A DNA stretch of 64,000 nucleotides, from the NCBI GenBank assembly GCA_030390025.1, contig CM059432.1:129830001-129894000 (forward strand). Direction: 5' to 3'. Within the stretch, counting starts at the first letter, position 1, and each line of letters opens with the position of its first letter. Source of the DNA: Squalus acanthias (taxonomy: Eukaryota). Both the position numbers and the translations under genes were made by a program. Positions 29,601-44,200 of the stretch are shown piece by piece. Under the pieces are notes generated by a model. That model was not told the DNA's origin and did no database searches. It saw nothing but the letters and a program-made list of their open reading frames with translations.

Positions 29601-32600
29601 TGGTTTCAGTGTCTCGATGGTGTAGTGTTGGTATGGTACAGACTGGTTTCAGTGCTCTGATGGTGTAGTGTTGGTATGGTACAGACTGGTTTCAGTGTCT
29701 CGATGGTGTAGTGTTGGTATGGTACAGACTGGTTTCAGTGTCTCGATGGTGTAGTGTTGGTATGGTACAGACTGGTTTCAGTGTCTGATGGTGTAGTGTT
29801 GGTATGGTACAGACTGGTTTCAGTGTCTCGATGGTGTAGTGTTGGTATGGTACAGACTGGTTTCAGTGTCTCGATGGTGTAGTGTTGGTATGGTACAGAC
29901 TGGTTTCAGTGTCTCGATGGTGTAGTGTTGGTATGGTACAGACTGGTTTCAGTGTCTGATGGTGTAGTGTTGGTATGGTACAGACTGGTTTCAGTGTCTG
30001 ATGGTGTAGTGTTGGTATGGCACAGACTGTTTCAGTGCTCTGATGGTGTAGTGTTGGTATGGTACAGACTGGTTTCAGTGTCTCGATGGTGTAGTGTTGG
30101 TATGGCTACAGACTGGTTTCAGTGTCTCTGATGGTGTAGTGTTGGTATGGTACAGACTGGTTTCAGTGTCTCGATGGTGTAGTGTTGGTATGGTACAGAC
30201 TGGTTTCAGTGTCTGATGGTGTAGTGTTGGTATGGTACAGACTGGTTTCAGTGTCTCGATGGTGTAGTGTTGGTATGGTACAGACTGGTTTCAGTGTCTC
30301 TGATGGTGTAGTGTTGGTATGGTACAGACTGGTTTCAGTGTCTCGATGGTGTAGTGTTGGTATGGTACAGACTGGTTTCAGTGTCTGATGGTGTAGTGTT
30401 GGTATGGTACAGACTGGTTTCAGTGTCTGATGGTGTAGTGTTGGTATGGTACAGACTGGTTTCAGTGCTCTGATGGTGTAGTGTTGGTATGGTACAGACT
30501 GGTTTCAGTGTCTGATGGTGTAGTGTTGGTATGGTACAGACTGGTTTCAGTGTCTCGATGGTGTAGTGTTGGTATGGTACAGACTGGTTTCAGTGCTCTG
30601 ATGGTGTAGTGTTGGTATGGTACAGACTGGTTTCAGTGTCTCTGATGGTGTAGTGTTGGTATGGTACAGACTGGTTTCAGTGTCTCGATGGTGTAGTGTT
30701 TGTATGGTACAGACTGGTTTCAGTGTCTCTGATGGTGTAGTGTTGGTATGGTACAGACTGGTTTCAGTGTCTGATGGTGTAGTGTTGGTATGGTACAGAC
30801 TGGTTTCAGTGTCTCGATGGTGTAGTGTTGGTATGGTACAGACTGGTTTCAGTGTCTGATGGTGTAGTGTTGGTATGGTACAGACTGGTTTCAGTGTCTC
30901 GATGGTGTAGTGTTGGTATGGTACAGACTGGTTTCAGTGTCTCGATGGTGTAGTGTTGGTATGGTACAGACTGGTTTCAGTGTCTCGATGGTGTAGTGTT
31001 GGTATGGTACAGACTGGTTTCAGTGTCTCGATGGTGTAGTGTTGGTATGGTACAGACTGGTTTCAGTGTCTCGATGGTGTAGTGTTGGTATGGTACAGAC
31101 TGGTTTCAGTGTCTCGATGGTGTAGTGTTGGTATGGTACAGACTGGTTTCAGTGTCTCGATGGTGTAGTGTTGGTATGGTACAGACTGGTTTCAGTGTCT
31201 CGATGGTGTAGTGTTGGTATGGTACAGACTGGTTTCAGTGCTCTGATGGTGTAGTGTTGGTATGGTACAGACTGGTTTCAGTGCTCTGATGGTGTAGTGT
31301 TGGTATGGTACAGACTGGTTTCAGTGCTCTGATGGTGTAGTGTTGGTATGGTACAGACTGGTTTCAGTGCTCTGATGGTGTAGTGTTGGTATGGTACAGA
31401 CTGGTTTCAGTGCTCTGATGGTGTAGTGTTGGTATGGTACAGACTGGTTTCAGTGCTCTGATGGTGTAGTGTTGGTATGGTACAGACTGGTTTCAGTGCT
31501 CTGATGGTGTAGTGTTGGTATGGTACAGACTGGTTTCAGTGTCTCGATGGTGTAGTGTTGGTATGGTACAGACTGGTTTCAGTGTCTCGATGGTGTAGTG
31601 TTGGTATGGTACAGACTGTTTTCAGTGTCTCGATGGTGTAGTGTTGGTATGGTACAGACTGGTTTCAGTGTCTCGATGGTGTAGTGTTGGTATGGTACAG
31701 ACTGGTTTCAGTGTCTCGATGGTGTAGTGTTGGTATGGTACAGACTGGTTTCAGTGCTCTGATGGTGTAGTGTTGGTATGGTACAGACTGGTTTCAGTGC
31801 TCTGATGGTGTAGTGTTGGTATGGTACAGACTGGTTTCAGTGCTCTGATGGTGTAGTGTTGGTATGGTACAGACTGGTTTCAGTGTCTCGATGGTGTAGT
31901 GTTGGTATGGTACAGACTGGTTTCAGTGCTCTGATGGTGTAGTGTTGTTATGGTACAACTGGTTTCAGTGTCTCGATGGTGTAGTGTTGGTATGGTACAG
32001 ACTGGTTTCAGTGTCTCGATGGTGTAGTGTTGGTATGGTACAGACTGGTTTCAGTGTCTCGATGGTGCAGTGTTGGTATGGTACAGACTGGTTTCAGTGT
32101 CCGATGGTGTAGTGTTGGTATGGTACAGACTGGTTTCAGTGTCTGATGGTGTAGTGTTGGTATGGTACAGACTGGTTTCAGTGTCTCGATGGTGTAGTGT
32201 TGGTATGGTACAGACTGTTTTCAGTGTCTCGATGGTGTAGTGTTGGTATGGTACAGACTGTTTTCAGTGTCTCTGATGGTGTAGTGTTGGTATGGTACAG
32301 ACTGGTTTCAGTGTCTCGATGGTGTAGTGTTGGTATGGTACAGACTGGTTTCAGTGTCTGATGGTGTAGTGTTGGTATGGTACAGACTGGTTTCAGTGTC
32401 TCGATGGTGTAGTGTTGGTATGGTACAGACTGGTTTCAGTGTCTCTGATGGTGTAGTGTTGGTATGGTACAGACTGGTTTCAGTGTCTCGATGGTGTAGT
32501 GTTGGTATGGTACAGACTGGTTTCAGTGTCTGATGGTGTAGTGTTGGTATGGTACAGACTGGTTTCAGTGTCTGATGGTGTAGTGTTGGTATGGTACAGA

Positions 32601-35270
32601 CTGGTTTCAGTGACTCTGATGGTGTAGTGTTGGTATGGTACAGACTGGTTTCAGTGTCTGATGGTGTAGTGTTGGTATGGTACAGACTGGTTTCAGTGTC
32701 TGATGGTGTAGTGTTGGTATGGTACAGACTGGTTTCAGTACTCTGATGGTGTAGTGTTGGTATGGTACAGACTGGTTTCAGTGTCTCTGATGGTGTAGTG
32801 TTGGTATGGTACAGACTGGTTTCAGTGTCTCGATGGTGTAGTGTTGGTATGGTACAGACTGGTTTCAGTGTCTCTGATGGTGTAGTGTTGGTATGGTACA
32901 GACTGGTTTCAGTGTCTGATGGTTTAGTGTTGGTATGGTACAGACTGGTTTCAGTGTCTCGATGGTGTAGTGTTGGTATGGTACAGACTGGTTTCAGTGT
33001 CTCGATGGTGTAGTGTTGGTATGGTACAGACTGGTTTCAGTGTCTCTGATGGTGTAGTGTTGGTATGGTACAGACTGGTTTCAGTGTCTGATGGTGTAGT
33101 GTTGGTATGGTACAGACTGGTTTCAGTGTCTCGATGGTGTAGTGTTGGTATGGTACAGACTGGTTTCAGTGTCTCGATGGTGTAGTGTTGGTATGGTACA
33201 GACTGGTTTCAGTGTCTGATGGTGTAGTGTTGGTATGGTACAGACTGGTTTCAGTGTCTCGATGGTGTAGTGTTTGTATGGTACAGACTGGTTTCAGTGT
33301 CTGATGGTGTAGTGTTGGTATGGTACAGACTGGTTTCAGTGTCTCGATGGTGTAGTGTTGGTATGGTACAGACTGTTTCAGTGTCTAGATGGTGTAGTGT
33401 TGGTATGGTACAGACTGGTTTCAGTGTCTGATGGTGTAGTGTTGGTATGGTACAGACTGGTTTCAGTGTCTGATGGTGTAGTGTTGGTATGGTACAGACT
33501 GGTTTCAGTGCTCTGATGGTGTAGTGTTGGTATGGTACAGACTGGTTTCAGTGCTCTGATGGTGTAGTGTTGGTATGGTACAGACTGGTTTCAGTGCTCT
33601 GATGGTGTAGTGTTGGTATGGTACAGACTGGTTTCAGTGTCTCGATGGTGTAGTGTTGGTATGGTACAGACTGGTTTCAGTGCTCGATGGTGTAGTGTTG
33701 GTATGGTACAGACTGGTTTCAGTGTCTCGATGGTGTAGTGTTGGTATGGTACAGACTGGTTTCAGTGTCTCGATGGTGTAGTGTTGGTATGGTACAGACT
33801 GGTTTCAGTGTCTCGATGGTGTAGTGTTGGTATGGTACAGACTGGTTTCAGTGTCTGATGGTGTAGTGTTGGTATGGTACAGACTGGTTTCAGTGCTCTG
33901 ATGGTGTAGTGTTGGTATGGTACAGACTGGTTTCAGTGCTCTGATGGTGTAGTGTTGGTATGGTACAGACTGGTTTCAGTGTCTCGATGGTGTAGTGTTG
34001 GTATGGTACAGACTGGTTTCAGTGCTCTATGGTGTAGTGTTGGTATGGTACAGACTGGTTTCAGTGTCTGATGGTGTAGTGTTGGTATGGTACAGACTGG
34101 TTTCAGTGTCTCGATGGTGTAGTGTTGGTATGGTACAGACTGGTTTCAGTGTCTCGATGGTGTAGTGTTGGTATGGTACAGACTGGTTTCAGTGTCTGAT
34201 GGTGTAGTGTTGGTATGGTACAGACTGGTTTCAGTGTCTAGATGGTGTAGTGTTGGTATGGTACAGACTGGTTTCAGTGTCTCGATGGTGTAGTGTTGGT
34301 ATGGTACAGACTGTTTTCAGTGTCTCGATGGTGTAGTGTTGGTATGGTACAGACTGGTTTCAGTGTCTGATGGTGTAGTGTTGGTATGGTACAGACTGGT
34401 TTCAGTGCTCTGATGGTGTAGTGTTGGTATGGTACAGACTGGTTTCAGTGTCTGATGGTGTAGTGTTGGTATGGTACAGACTGGTTTCAGTGCTCTGATG
34501 GTGTAGTGTTGGTATGGTACAGACTGGTTTCAGTGCTCTGATGGTGTAGTGTTGGTATGGTACAGACTGGTTTCAGTGTCTCGATGGTGTAGTGTTGGTA
34601 TGGTACAGACTGGTTTCAGTGTCTCGATGGTGTAGTGTTGGTATGGTACAGACTGGTTTCAGTGTCTGATGGTGTAGTGTTGGTATGGTACAGACTGGTT
34701 TCAGTGTCTGATGGTGTAGTGTTGGTATGGTACAGACTGGTTTCAGTGTCTCGATGGTGTAGTGTTGGTATGGTACAGACTGGTTTCAGTGTCTGATGGT
34801 GTAGTGTTGGTATGGTACAGACTGGTTTCAGTGTCTGATGGTGTAGTGTTGGTATGGTACAAACTGGTTTCAGTGTCTGATGGTGTAGTGTTGGTATGGT
34901 ACAGACTGGTTTCAGTGCTCTGATGGTGTAGTGTTGGTATGGTACAGACTGGTTTCAGTGTCTCTGATGGTGTAGTGTTGGTATGGTACAGACTGGTTTC
35001 AGTGCTCTGATGGTGTAGTGTTGGTATGGTACAGACTGGTTTCAGTGTCTCTGATGGTGTAGTGTTGGTATGGTACAGACTGGTTTCAGTGTCTCTGATG
35101 GTGTAGTGTTGGTATGGTACAGACTGGTTTCAGTGCTCTGATGGTGTAGTGTTGGTATGGTACAGACTGGTTTCAGTGTCTCGATGGTGTAGTGTTGGTA
35201 TGGTACAGACTGGTTTCAGTGTCTCGATGGTGTAGTGTTGGTATGGTACAGACTGGTTTCAGTGTCTCGA
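14700..35270 (+). repeat. Central near-homogeneous satellite domain
   Basis: Monomers match the consensus almost perfectly. Variation is nearly limited to the junction length class and sporadic single-base indels. Boundaries are approximate. Confidence 0.9.
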
Positions 35271-38200
35271 TGGTGTAGTGTTGATATGGTACAGACTGGT
35301 TTAAGTGTCTCGATGGCATAGTGTTGGTATGGTACAGACTGGTTTCAGTGTCTCGATGGTGTTGTGTTGGTATGGTACAGACTGTTTTCAGTGTCTCTGA
35401 TCGTGTAGTGTTGGTATGGCACAGACTGTTTTCAGTGTCTCGATGGTATTGTGTTGTATGGTACAGACTGGTTTCAGTGTCTGATGGTGTAGTGTTGGTA
35501 TGGTACAGACTGGTTTCAGTGTCTGATGATGTAGTGTTGGTATGGCACAGACTGTTTTCAGTGTCTCTGATGGTGTAGTGTTGGTATGGCACAGACTGTT
35601 TTCAGTGTCTCTGATGGTGTAGTGTTGGTATGGCACAGACTGTTTTCAGTGTTTCGATGGCATAGTGTTGATATGGTACAGACTGGTTTCAGTGTCTGAT
35701 GGTGTAGTGTTGGTATGGTACAGACTGGTTTCAGTGTCTGATGGTGTAGTGTTGGTATGGCACAGACTGTTTTCAGTGTCTCTGATGGTGTAGTGTTGGT
35801 ATGGCACAGACTGTTTTCAGTGTCTCGATGGTATAGTGTTGGTATGGTACAGACTGGTTTCAGTGTCTCGATGGTGTAGTGTTGGTATGGCACAGACTGT
35901 TTTCAGTGTCTCTGATGGTGTAGTGTTGGTATGGCACAGACTGTTTTCAGTGTCTCGATGGTATAGTGTTGATATGGTACAGACTGGTTTCAGTGTCTGA
36001 TGTTGTAGTGTTGGTATGGTACAGACTGGTTTCAGTGTCTGATGTTGTAGTGTTGGTATGGTACAGACTGGTTTCAGTACTCTGATGGTGTAGTGTTGGT
36101 ATGGTACAGACTGTTATCAGTGGCTGATGTTGTAGTGTTGGTATGGTACAGACTGGTTTCAGTGTCTAGTTGGTGTAGTGTTTGTATGGTACAGACTGGT
36201 TTCAGTACTCTGATGGTGTAGTGTTGGTATGGTACAGACTGTTTTCAGTGTCTCTGATGGTGTAGTGTTTGTATGGTACAGACTGGTTTCAGTGTCTAGA
36301 TGGTGTAGTGTTGGTATGGTACAGACTGGTTTCAGTGTCTCTGATGGTGTAGTGTTGGTATGGTACAGACTGGTTTCAGTGTCTGATGGTGTAGTGTTGG
36401 TATGGTACAGACTGGTTTCAGTGTCTGATGGTGTAGTGTTGGTATGGTACAGACTGGTTTCAGTGCTCTGATGGTATAGTGTTGGTATGGTACAGACTGG
36501 TTTCAGTGTCTCGATGGTGTAGTGTTGGTATGGTACAGACTGGTTTCAGTGTCTGATGGTGTAGTGTTGGTATGGTACAGACTGGTTTCAGTGCTCTAGA
36601 TGGTGTAGTGTTGGTATGGTACAGACTGGTTTCAGTGCTCTGATGGTATAGTGTTGGTATGGTACAGACTGGTTTCACTGTCTCGATGGTGTAGTGTTGG
36701 TATGGTACAGATTGGTTTCAGTGCTCTAATGGTGTAGTGTTGGTATGGTACAGACTGGTTTCAGTGTCTGATGGTGTAGTGTTGGTATGGTACAGACTGG
36801 TTTCAGTGTCTCGATGTGTAGTGTTGGTATGGTACAGACTGGTTTCAGTGTCTCGATGGTGTAGTGTTGGTATGGTACAGACTGTTTTCAGTGTCTGATG
36901 GTGTAGTGTTGGTATGGTACAGACTGGTTTCAGTGTCTAGATCGTGTAGTGTTGGTATGGTACAGACTGGTTTCAGTGTCTCGATGGTGTAGTGTTGGTA
37001 TGGTACAGACTGGTTTCAGTGTCTCGATGGTGTAGTGTTGGTATGGTACAGACTGGTTTCAGTGTCTGATGGTGTAGTGTTGGTATGGTACAGACTGGTT
37101 TCAGTGCTCTGATGGTGTAGTGTTGGTATGGTACAGACTGGTTTCAGTGTCTGATGGTGTAGTGTTGGTATGGTACAGACTGGTTTCAGTGCTCTGATGG
37201 TGTAGTGTTGGTATGCTACAGACTGGTTTCAGTGCTCTGATGGTGTAGTGTTGGTATGGTACAGACTGGTTTCAGTGTCTGATGGTGTAGTGTTGGTATG
37301 GTACAGACTGGTTTCAGTGTCTCGATGGAGTAGTGTTGGTGTGGTACAGACTGGTTTCAGTGTCTGATGGTGTAGTGTTGGTATGGTACAGACTGGTTTC
37401 ACTGTCTTGATGGTGTAGTGTTGGTATGGTACAGACTGGTTTCACTGTCTCGATGGTGTAGTGTTGGTATGGTACAGACTGGTTTCAGTGTCTGATGGTG
37501 TAGTGTTGGTATGGTACAGACTGGTTTCAGTGTCTGATGGTGCAGTGTTGGTATGGTACAAACTGGTTTCAGTGTCTGATGGTGTAGTGTTGGTATGGTA
37601 CAGACTGTTTTCAGCGTCTCTGATGGTGTAGTGTTGGTATGGTAAAGACTGTTTTCAGTGTCTCTGATGGTGTAGTGTTGGTATGGTACAGACTGTTTTC
37701 AGTACTCTGATGGTGTAGTGTTGGTATGGTACAGACTGTTTTCAGCGTCTCTGATGGTGTAGTGTTGGTATGGTAAAGACTGTTTTCAGTGTCTCTGATG
37801 GTGTAGTGTTGGTATGGTACAGACTGTTTTCAGTACTCTGATGGTGTAGTGTTGGTATGGTACAGACTGTATTCAGTGTCTCGATGGTGTAGTGTTGATA
37901 TGGTACAGACTGGTTTCAGTGTCTCGATGGTGTAGTGTTGATAATGTACAGACTGGTTTCAGTGTCTCGATGGTGTAGTGTTGATATGGTACAGACTGGT
38001 TTAAGTGTCTCGATGGCATAGTGTTGGTATGGTACAGACTGGTTTCAGTGTCTCGATGGTGTTGTGTTGGTATGGTACAGACTGTTTTCAGTGTCTCTGA
38101 TCGTGTAGTGTTGGTATGGCACAGACTGTTTTCAGTGTCTCGATGGTATTGTGTTGATATGGTACAGACTGGTTTCAGTGTCTGATGGTGTAGTGTTGGT

Positions 38201-41200
38201 ATGGTACAGACTGGTTTCAGTGTCTGATGATGTAGTGTTGGTATGGCACAGACTGTTTTCAGTGTCTCTGATGGTGTAGTGTTGGTATGGCACAGACTGT
38301 TTTCAGTGTCTCTGATGGTGTAGTGTTGGTATGGCACAGACTGTTTTCAGTGTTTCGATGGCATAGTGTTGATATGGTACAGACTGGTTTCAGTGTCTGA
38401 TGGTGTAGTGTTGGTATGGTACAGACTGGTTTCAGTGTCTGATGGTGTAGTGTTGGTATGGCACAGACTGTTTTCAGTGTCTCTGATGGTGTAGTGTTGG
38501 TATGGCACAGACTGTTTTCAGTGTCTCGATGGTATAGTGTTGGTATGGTACAGACTGGTTTCAGTGTCTCGATGGTGTAGTGTTGGTATGGCACAGACTG
38601 TTTTCAGTGTCTCTGATGGTGTAGTGTTGGTATGGCACAGACTGTTTTCAGTGTCTCGATGGTATAGTGTTGATATGGTACAGACTGGTTTCAGTGTCTG
38701 ATGTTGTAGTGTTGGTATGGTACAGACTGGTTTCAGTGTCTGATGTTGTAGTGTTGGTATGGTACAGACTGGTTTCAGTACTCTGATGGTGTAGTGTTGG
38801 TATGGTACAGACTGTTATCAGTGGCTGATGTTGTAGTGTTGGTATGGTACAGACTGGTTTCAGTGTCTAGTTGGTGTAGTGTTTGTATGGTACAGACTGG
38901 TTTCAGTACTCTGATGGTGTAGTGTTGGTATGGTACAGACTGTTTTCAGTGTCTCTGATGGTGTAGTGTTTGTATGGTACAGACTGGTTTCAGTGTCTAG
39001 TTGGTGTAGTGTTTGTATGGTACAGACTGGTTTCAGTGTCTCTGATGGTGTAGTGTTGGTATGGTACAGATTGGTTTCAGTGTCTGATGGTGTAGTGTTG
39101 GTATGGTACAGACTGGTTTCAGTGTCTCTGATGGTGTAGTGTTGGTATGGTACAGACTGGTTTCAGTGTCTGATGGTGTAGTGTTGGTATGGGTCAGACT
39201 GGTTTCAGTGTCTCTGATGGTGTAGTGTTGGTATGGTACAGACTGGTTTCAGTGTCTGATGGTGTAGTGTTTGTATGGAACAAACTGGTTTCAGTGTCTC
39301 GATGGTGTAGTGTTGGTATGGTACAAACTGGTTTCAGTGTCTCGATGGTGTAGTGTTGGTATGGTACAGACTGGTTTCAGTGTCGGATGGTGTAGTGTTG
39401 GTATGGTACAGACTGGTTTCAGTGTCTCGATGGTGCAGTGTTTGTATGGTACAGACTGGTATCAGTGTCTAGATCGTGTAGTGTTGGTATGGTACAGACT
39501 GGTTTCAGTGTCTCGATGGTGCAGTGTTTGTATGGTACAGACTGTTATCAGTGTCTAGATCGTGTAGTGTTGGTATGGTACAGACTGGTTTCAGTGCTCT
39601 GATGGTGTAGTGTTGGTATGGTACAGACTGGTTTCAGTCTCCGATGGTGTAGTGCTGGTATTGTACAGACTGGTTTCAGTGTCTGATGGTCTAGTGTTGG
39701 TATGGTACAGACTGGTTTCAGTGTCTGATGGTCTAGTGTTGGTATGGTACAGACTGGTTTCAGTGTCTGATGGTCTAGTGTTGGTATGGTACAGACTGGT
39801 TTCAGTGCTCTGATGGTGTAGTGTTGGTATGGTACAGACTGGTTTCAGTGTCTGATGGTGTAGTGTTGGTATGGTACAGACTGGTTTCAGTCTCCCGATG
39901 GTGTAGTGTTGGTGTGGTACAGACTGGTTTCAGTGTCTCGATGGTGTCGTGTTGATATGGTACAGACTGGTTTCAGTGTCTCGATGGTGTAGTGTTGGTA
40001 TGGTACAGACTGGTTTCAGTGTCTGATGGTGTAGTGTTGGTATGGTACAGACTGGTTTCAGTGTCTCATGTTGTAGTGTTGGTGTGGTACAGACTGGTTT
40101 CAGTGTCTGATGGTGAAGTGTTGATAAGGTACAGACTGGTTTCAGTGTCTCGATGGTGTAGTGTTGGTATGGTACAGACTGGTTTCAGTGTCTCGATGGT
40201 TCAGTGTTGGTATGGTACAGACTGGTTTCAGTGCTCTGATGGTGTAGTGTTGGTATGGTACAGACTGGTTTCAGTGCTCTAATGGTGGAGTGTTGGTATG
40301 GTGCAGACTGGTTTCAGTGTCTCGATGGTGCCGTGTTGATATGGTACAGACTGGTTTCAGTGTCTCGATGGTATAGTGTTGGTATGGCACAGACTGTTTT
40401 CAGTGTCTCGATGGTATAGTGTTGATATGGTACAGACTGGTTTCAGTGTCTCGATGGTGTAGTGTTGGTATGGTACAGACTGGTTTCAGTGTCTCTGATG
40501 GTGTAGTGTTGGTATGGTACAGACTGGTTTCAGTGTCTCTGATGGTGTAGTGTTGGTATGGCACAGACTGTTTTCAGTGTCTCGATGGTATAGTGTTGAT
40601 ATGGTACAGACTGGTTTCAGTGTCTCGATGGTGTAGTGTTGGTATGGTACAGACTGTATTCAGTGTCTCGATGGTGTAGTGTTGATATGGTACAGACTGG
40701 TTTCAGTGTCTCGATGGTGTAGTGTTGATAATGTACAGACTGGTTTCAGTGTCTCGATGGTGTAGTGTTGATATGGTACAGACTGGTTTCAGTGTCTCGA
40801 TGGTATCGTGTTGGTATGGTACAGACTGATTTCAGTGTCTCGATGGTGTAGTGTTGGTATGGTACAGACTGTTTTCAGTGTCTCTGATGGTGTAGTGTTT
40901 GTATGGTACAGACTGGTTTCAGTACTCTGATGGTGTAGTGTTGGTATGGTACAGACTGTTATCAGTGGCTGATGGTGTAGTGTTGGTATGGTACAGACTG
41001 GTTTCAGTGTCTAGTTGGTGTAGTGTTTGTATGGTACAGACTGGTTTCAGTACTCTGATGGTGTAGTGTTGGTATGGTACAGACTGTTTTCAGTGTCTCT
41101 GATGGTGTAGTGTTTGTATGGTACAGACTGGTTTCAGTGTCTGCTGGTGTAGTGTTGGTATGGTACAGATTGGTTTCAGTGCTCTGATGGTGTAGTGTTG

Positions 41201-44200
41201 GTATGCTACAGACTGGTTTCAGTGCTCTGATGGTGTAGTTTTGGTACGGTACAGACTGGTTGCAGTGCTCTGATGGTGTAGTGTTGGTATGGCACAGACT
41301 GGTTTCAGTGTCTCGATGGTGTAGTGTTGGTATGGTACAGACTGGTTTCAGTGCTCCGATGGTGTAGTTTTGGTATGGTACAGACTGATTTCGGTATCCA
41401 GATGGTGTAGTGTTGTTATGGTACAGACTGGTTTCAGAGTCTCGATGGTGTAGTGTTGGTATGGTACAGACTGTTTTCAGAGTCTCGATGGTGTAGTGTT
41501 GGTATGGTACAGACTGGTTTCAGTGTCTGCTGGTGTAGTGTTGGTATGGTACAGATTGGTTTCAGTGCTCTAATGGTGTAGTGTTGGTATGGTACAGACT
41601 GGTTACAGTGCTCTGATGGTATAGTGTTGGTATGGTACAGACTGGTTTCACTGTCTCGATGGTGTAGTGTTGGTATGGTACAGATTGGTTTCAGTGCTCT
41701 AATGGTGTAGTGTTGTTATGGTACAAACTGGTTTCAGTGTCTGATGGTGTAGTGTTGGTTTGGTACAGACTGGTTTTAGTGTCGGATATTGTAGTGTTGG
41801 TATGGTACAGACTGGTTTCAGTGTCTCGATGGTGCAGTGTTGGTATGGTACAGACTGTTTTCAGTGTCGGATGGTGTAGTGTTGGTATGGTACAGACTGG
41901 TATCAGTGTCTGATGGTATAGTGTTGGTATGGCACAGACTGTTTTCAGTGTCTCTGATGGTGTAGTGTTGGTATGGCACAGACTGTTTTCAGTGTCTCGA
42001 TGGTATAGTGTTGATATGGTACAGACTGGTTTCAGTGTCTGATGGTGTAGTGTTGGTATGGTACAGACTGGTTTCAGTGTCTCGATGGTGTAGTGTTGGT
42101 ATGGCACAGACTGTTTTCAGTGTCTCTGATGGTGTAGTGTTGGTATGGCACAGACTGTTTCAGTGTCTCGATGGTATAGTGTTGATATGGTACAGACTGG
42201 TTTCAGTGTCTGATGGTGTAGTGTTGGTATGGTACAGACTGGTTTCAGTGTCTGATGTTGTAGTGTTGGTATGGTACAGACTGGTTTCAGTACTCTGATG
42301 GTGTAGTGTTGGTATGGTACAGACTGTTATCAGTGGCTGATGGTGTAGTGTTGGTATGGTACAGACTGGTTTCAGTGTCTAGTTGGTGTAGTGTTTGTAT
42401 GGTACAGACTGGTTTCAGTACTCTGATGGTGTAGTGTTGGTATGGTACAGACTGTTTTCAGTGTCTCTGATGGTGTAGTGTTTGTATGGTACAGACTGGT
42501 TTCAGTGTCTAGTTGGTGTAGTGTTTGTATGGTACAGACTGGTTTCAGTGTCTCTGATGGTGTAGTGTTGGTATGGTACAGATTGGTTTCAGTGTCTGAT
42601 GGTGTAGTGTTGGTATGGTACAGACTGGTTTCAGTGTCTCTGATGGTGTAGTGTTGGTATGGTACAGACTGGTTTCAGTGTCTGATGGTGTAGTGTTGGT
42701 ATGGGTCAGACTGGTTTCAGTGTCTCTGATGGTGTAGTGTTGGTATGGTACAAACTGGTTTCAGTGTCTGATGGTGTAGTGTTTGTATGGAACAAACTGG
42801 TTTCAGTGTCTCGATGGTGTAGTGTTGGTATGGTACAAACTGGTTTCAGTGTCTCGATGGTGTAGTGTTGGTATGGTACAGACTGGTTTCAGTGTCGGAT
42901 GGTGTAGTGTTGGTATGGTACAGACTGGTTTCAGTGTCTCGATGGTGCAGTGTTTGTATGGTACAGACTGGTATCAGTGTCTAGATCGTGTAGTGTTGGT
43001 ATGGTACAGACTGGTTTCAGTGTCTCGATGGTGCAGTGTTTGTATGGTACAGACTGTTATCAGTGTCTAGATCGTGTAGTGTTGGTATGGTACAGACTGG
43101 TTTCAGTGCTCTGATGGTGTAGTGTTGGTATGGTACAGACTGGTTTCAGTCTCCCGATGGTGTAGTGCTGGTATTGTACAGACTGGTTTCAGTGTCTGAT
43201 GGTCTAGTGTTGGTATGGTACAGACTGGTTTCAGTGTCTGATGGTCTAGTGTTGGTATGGTACAGACTGGTTTCAGTGTCTGATGGTCTAGTGTTGGTAT
43301 GGTACAGACTGGTTTCAGTGCTCTGATGGTGTAGTGTTGGTATGGTACAGACTGGTTTCAGTGTCTGATGGTGTAGTGTTGGTATGGTACAGACTGGTTT
43401 CAGTCTCCGATGGTGTAGTGTTGGTGTGGTACAGACTGGTTTCAGTGTCTCGATGGTGTCGTGTTGATATGGTACAGACTGGTTTCAGTGTCTCGATGGT
43501 GTAGTGTTGGTATGGTACAGACTGGTTTCAGTGTCTGATGGTGTAGTGTTGGTATGGTACAGACTGGTTTCAGTGTCTCATGTTGTAGTGTTGGTGTGGT
43601 ACAGACTGGTTTCAGTGTCTGATGGTGAAGTGTTGATAAGGTACAGACTGGTTTCAGTGTCTCGATGGTGTAGTGTTGGTATGGTACAGACTGGTTTCAG
43701 TGTCTCGATGGTTCAGTGTTGGTATGGTACAGACTGGTTTCAGTGCTCTGATGGTGTAGTGTTGGTATGGTACAGAGTGGTTTCAGTGCTCTAATGGTGG
43801 AGTGTTGGTATGGTGCAGACTGGTTTCAGTGTCTCGATGGTGCCGTGTTGATATGGTACAGACTGGTTTCAGTGTCTCGATGGTATAGTGTTGGTATGGC
43901 ACAGACTGTTTTCAGTGTCTCGATGGTATAGTGTTGATATGGTACAGACTGGTTTCAGTGTCTCGATGGTGTAGTGTTGGTATGGTACAGACTGGTTTCA
44001 GTGTCTCTGATGGTGTAGTGTTGGTATGGTACAGACTGGTTTCAGTGTCTCTGATGGTGTAGTGTTGGTATGGCACAGACTGTTTTCAGTGTCTCGATGG
44101 TATAGTGTTGATATGGTACAGACTGGTTTCAGTGTCTCGATGGTGTAGTGTTGGTATGGTACAGACTGTATTCAGTGTCTCGATGGTGTAGTGTTGATAT

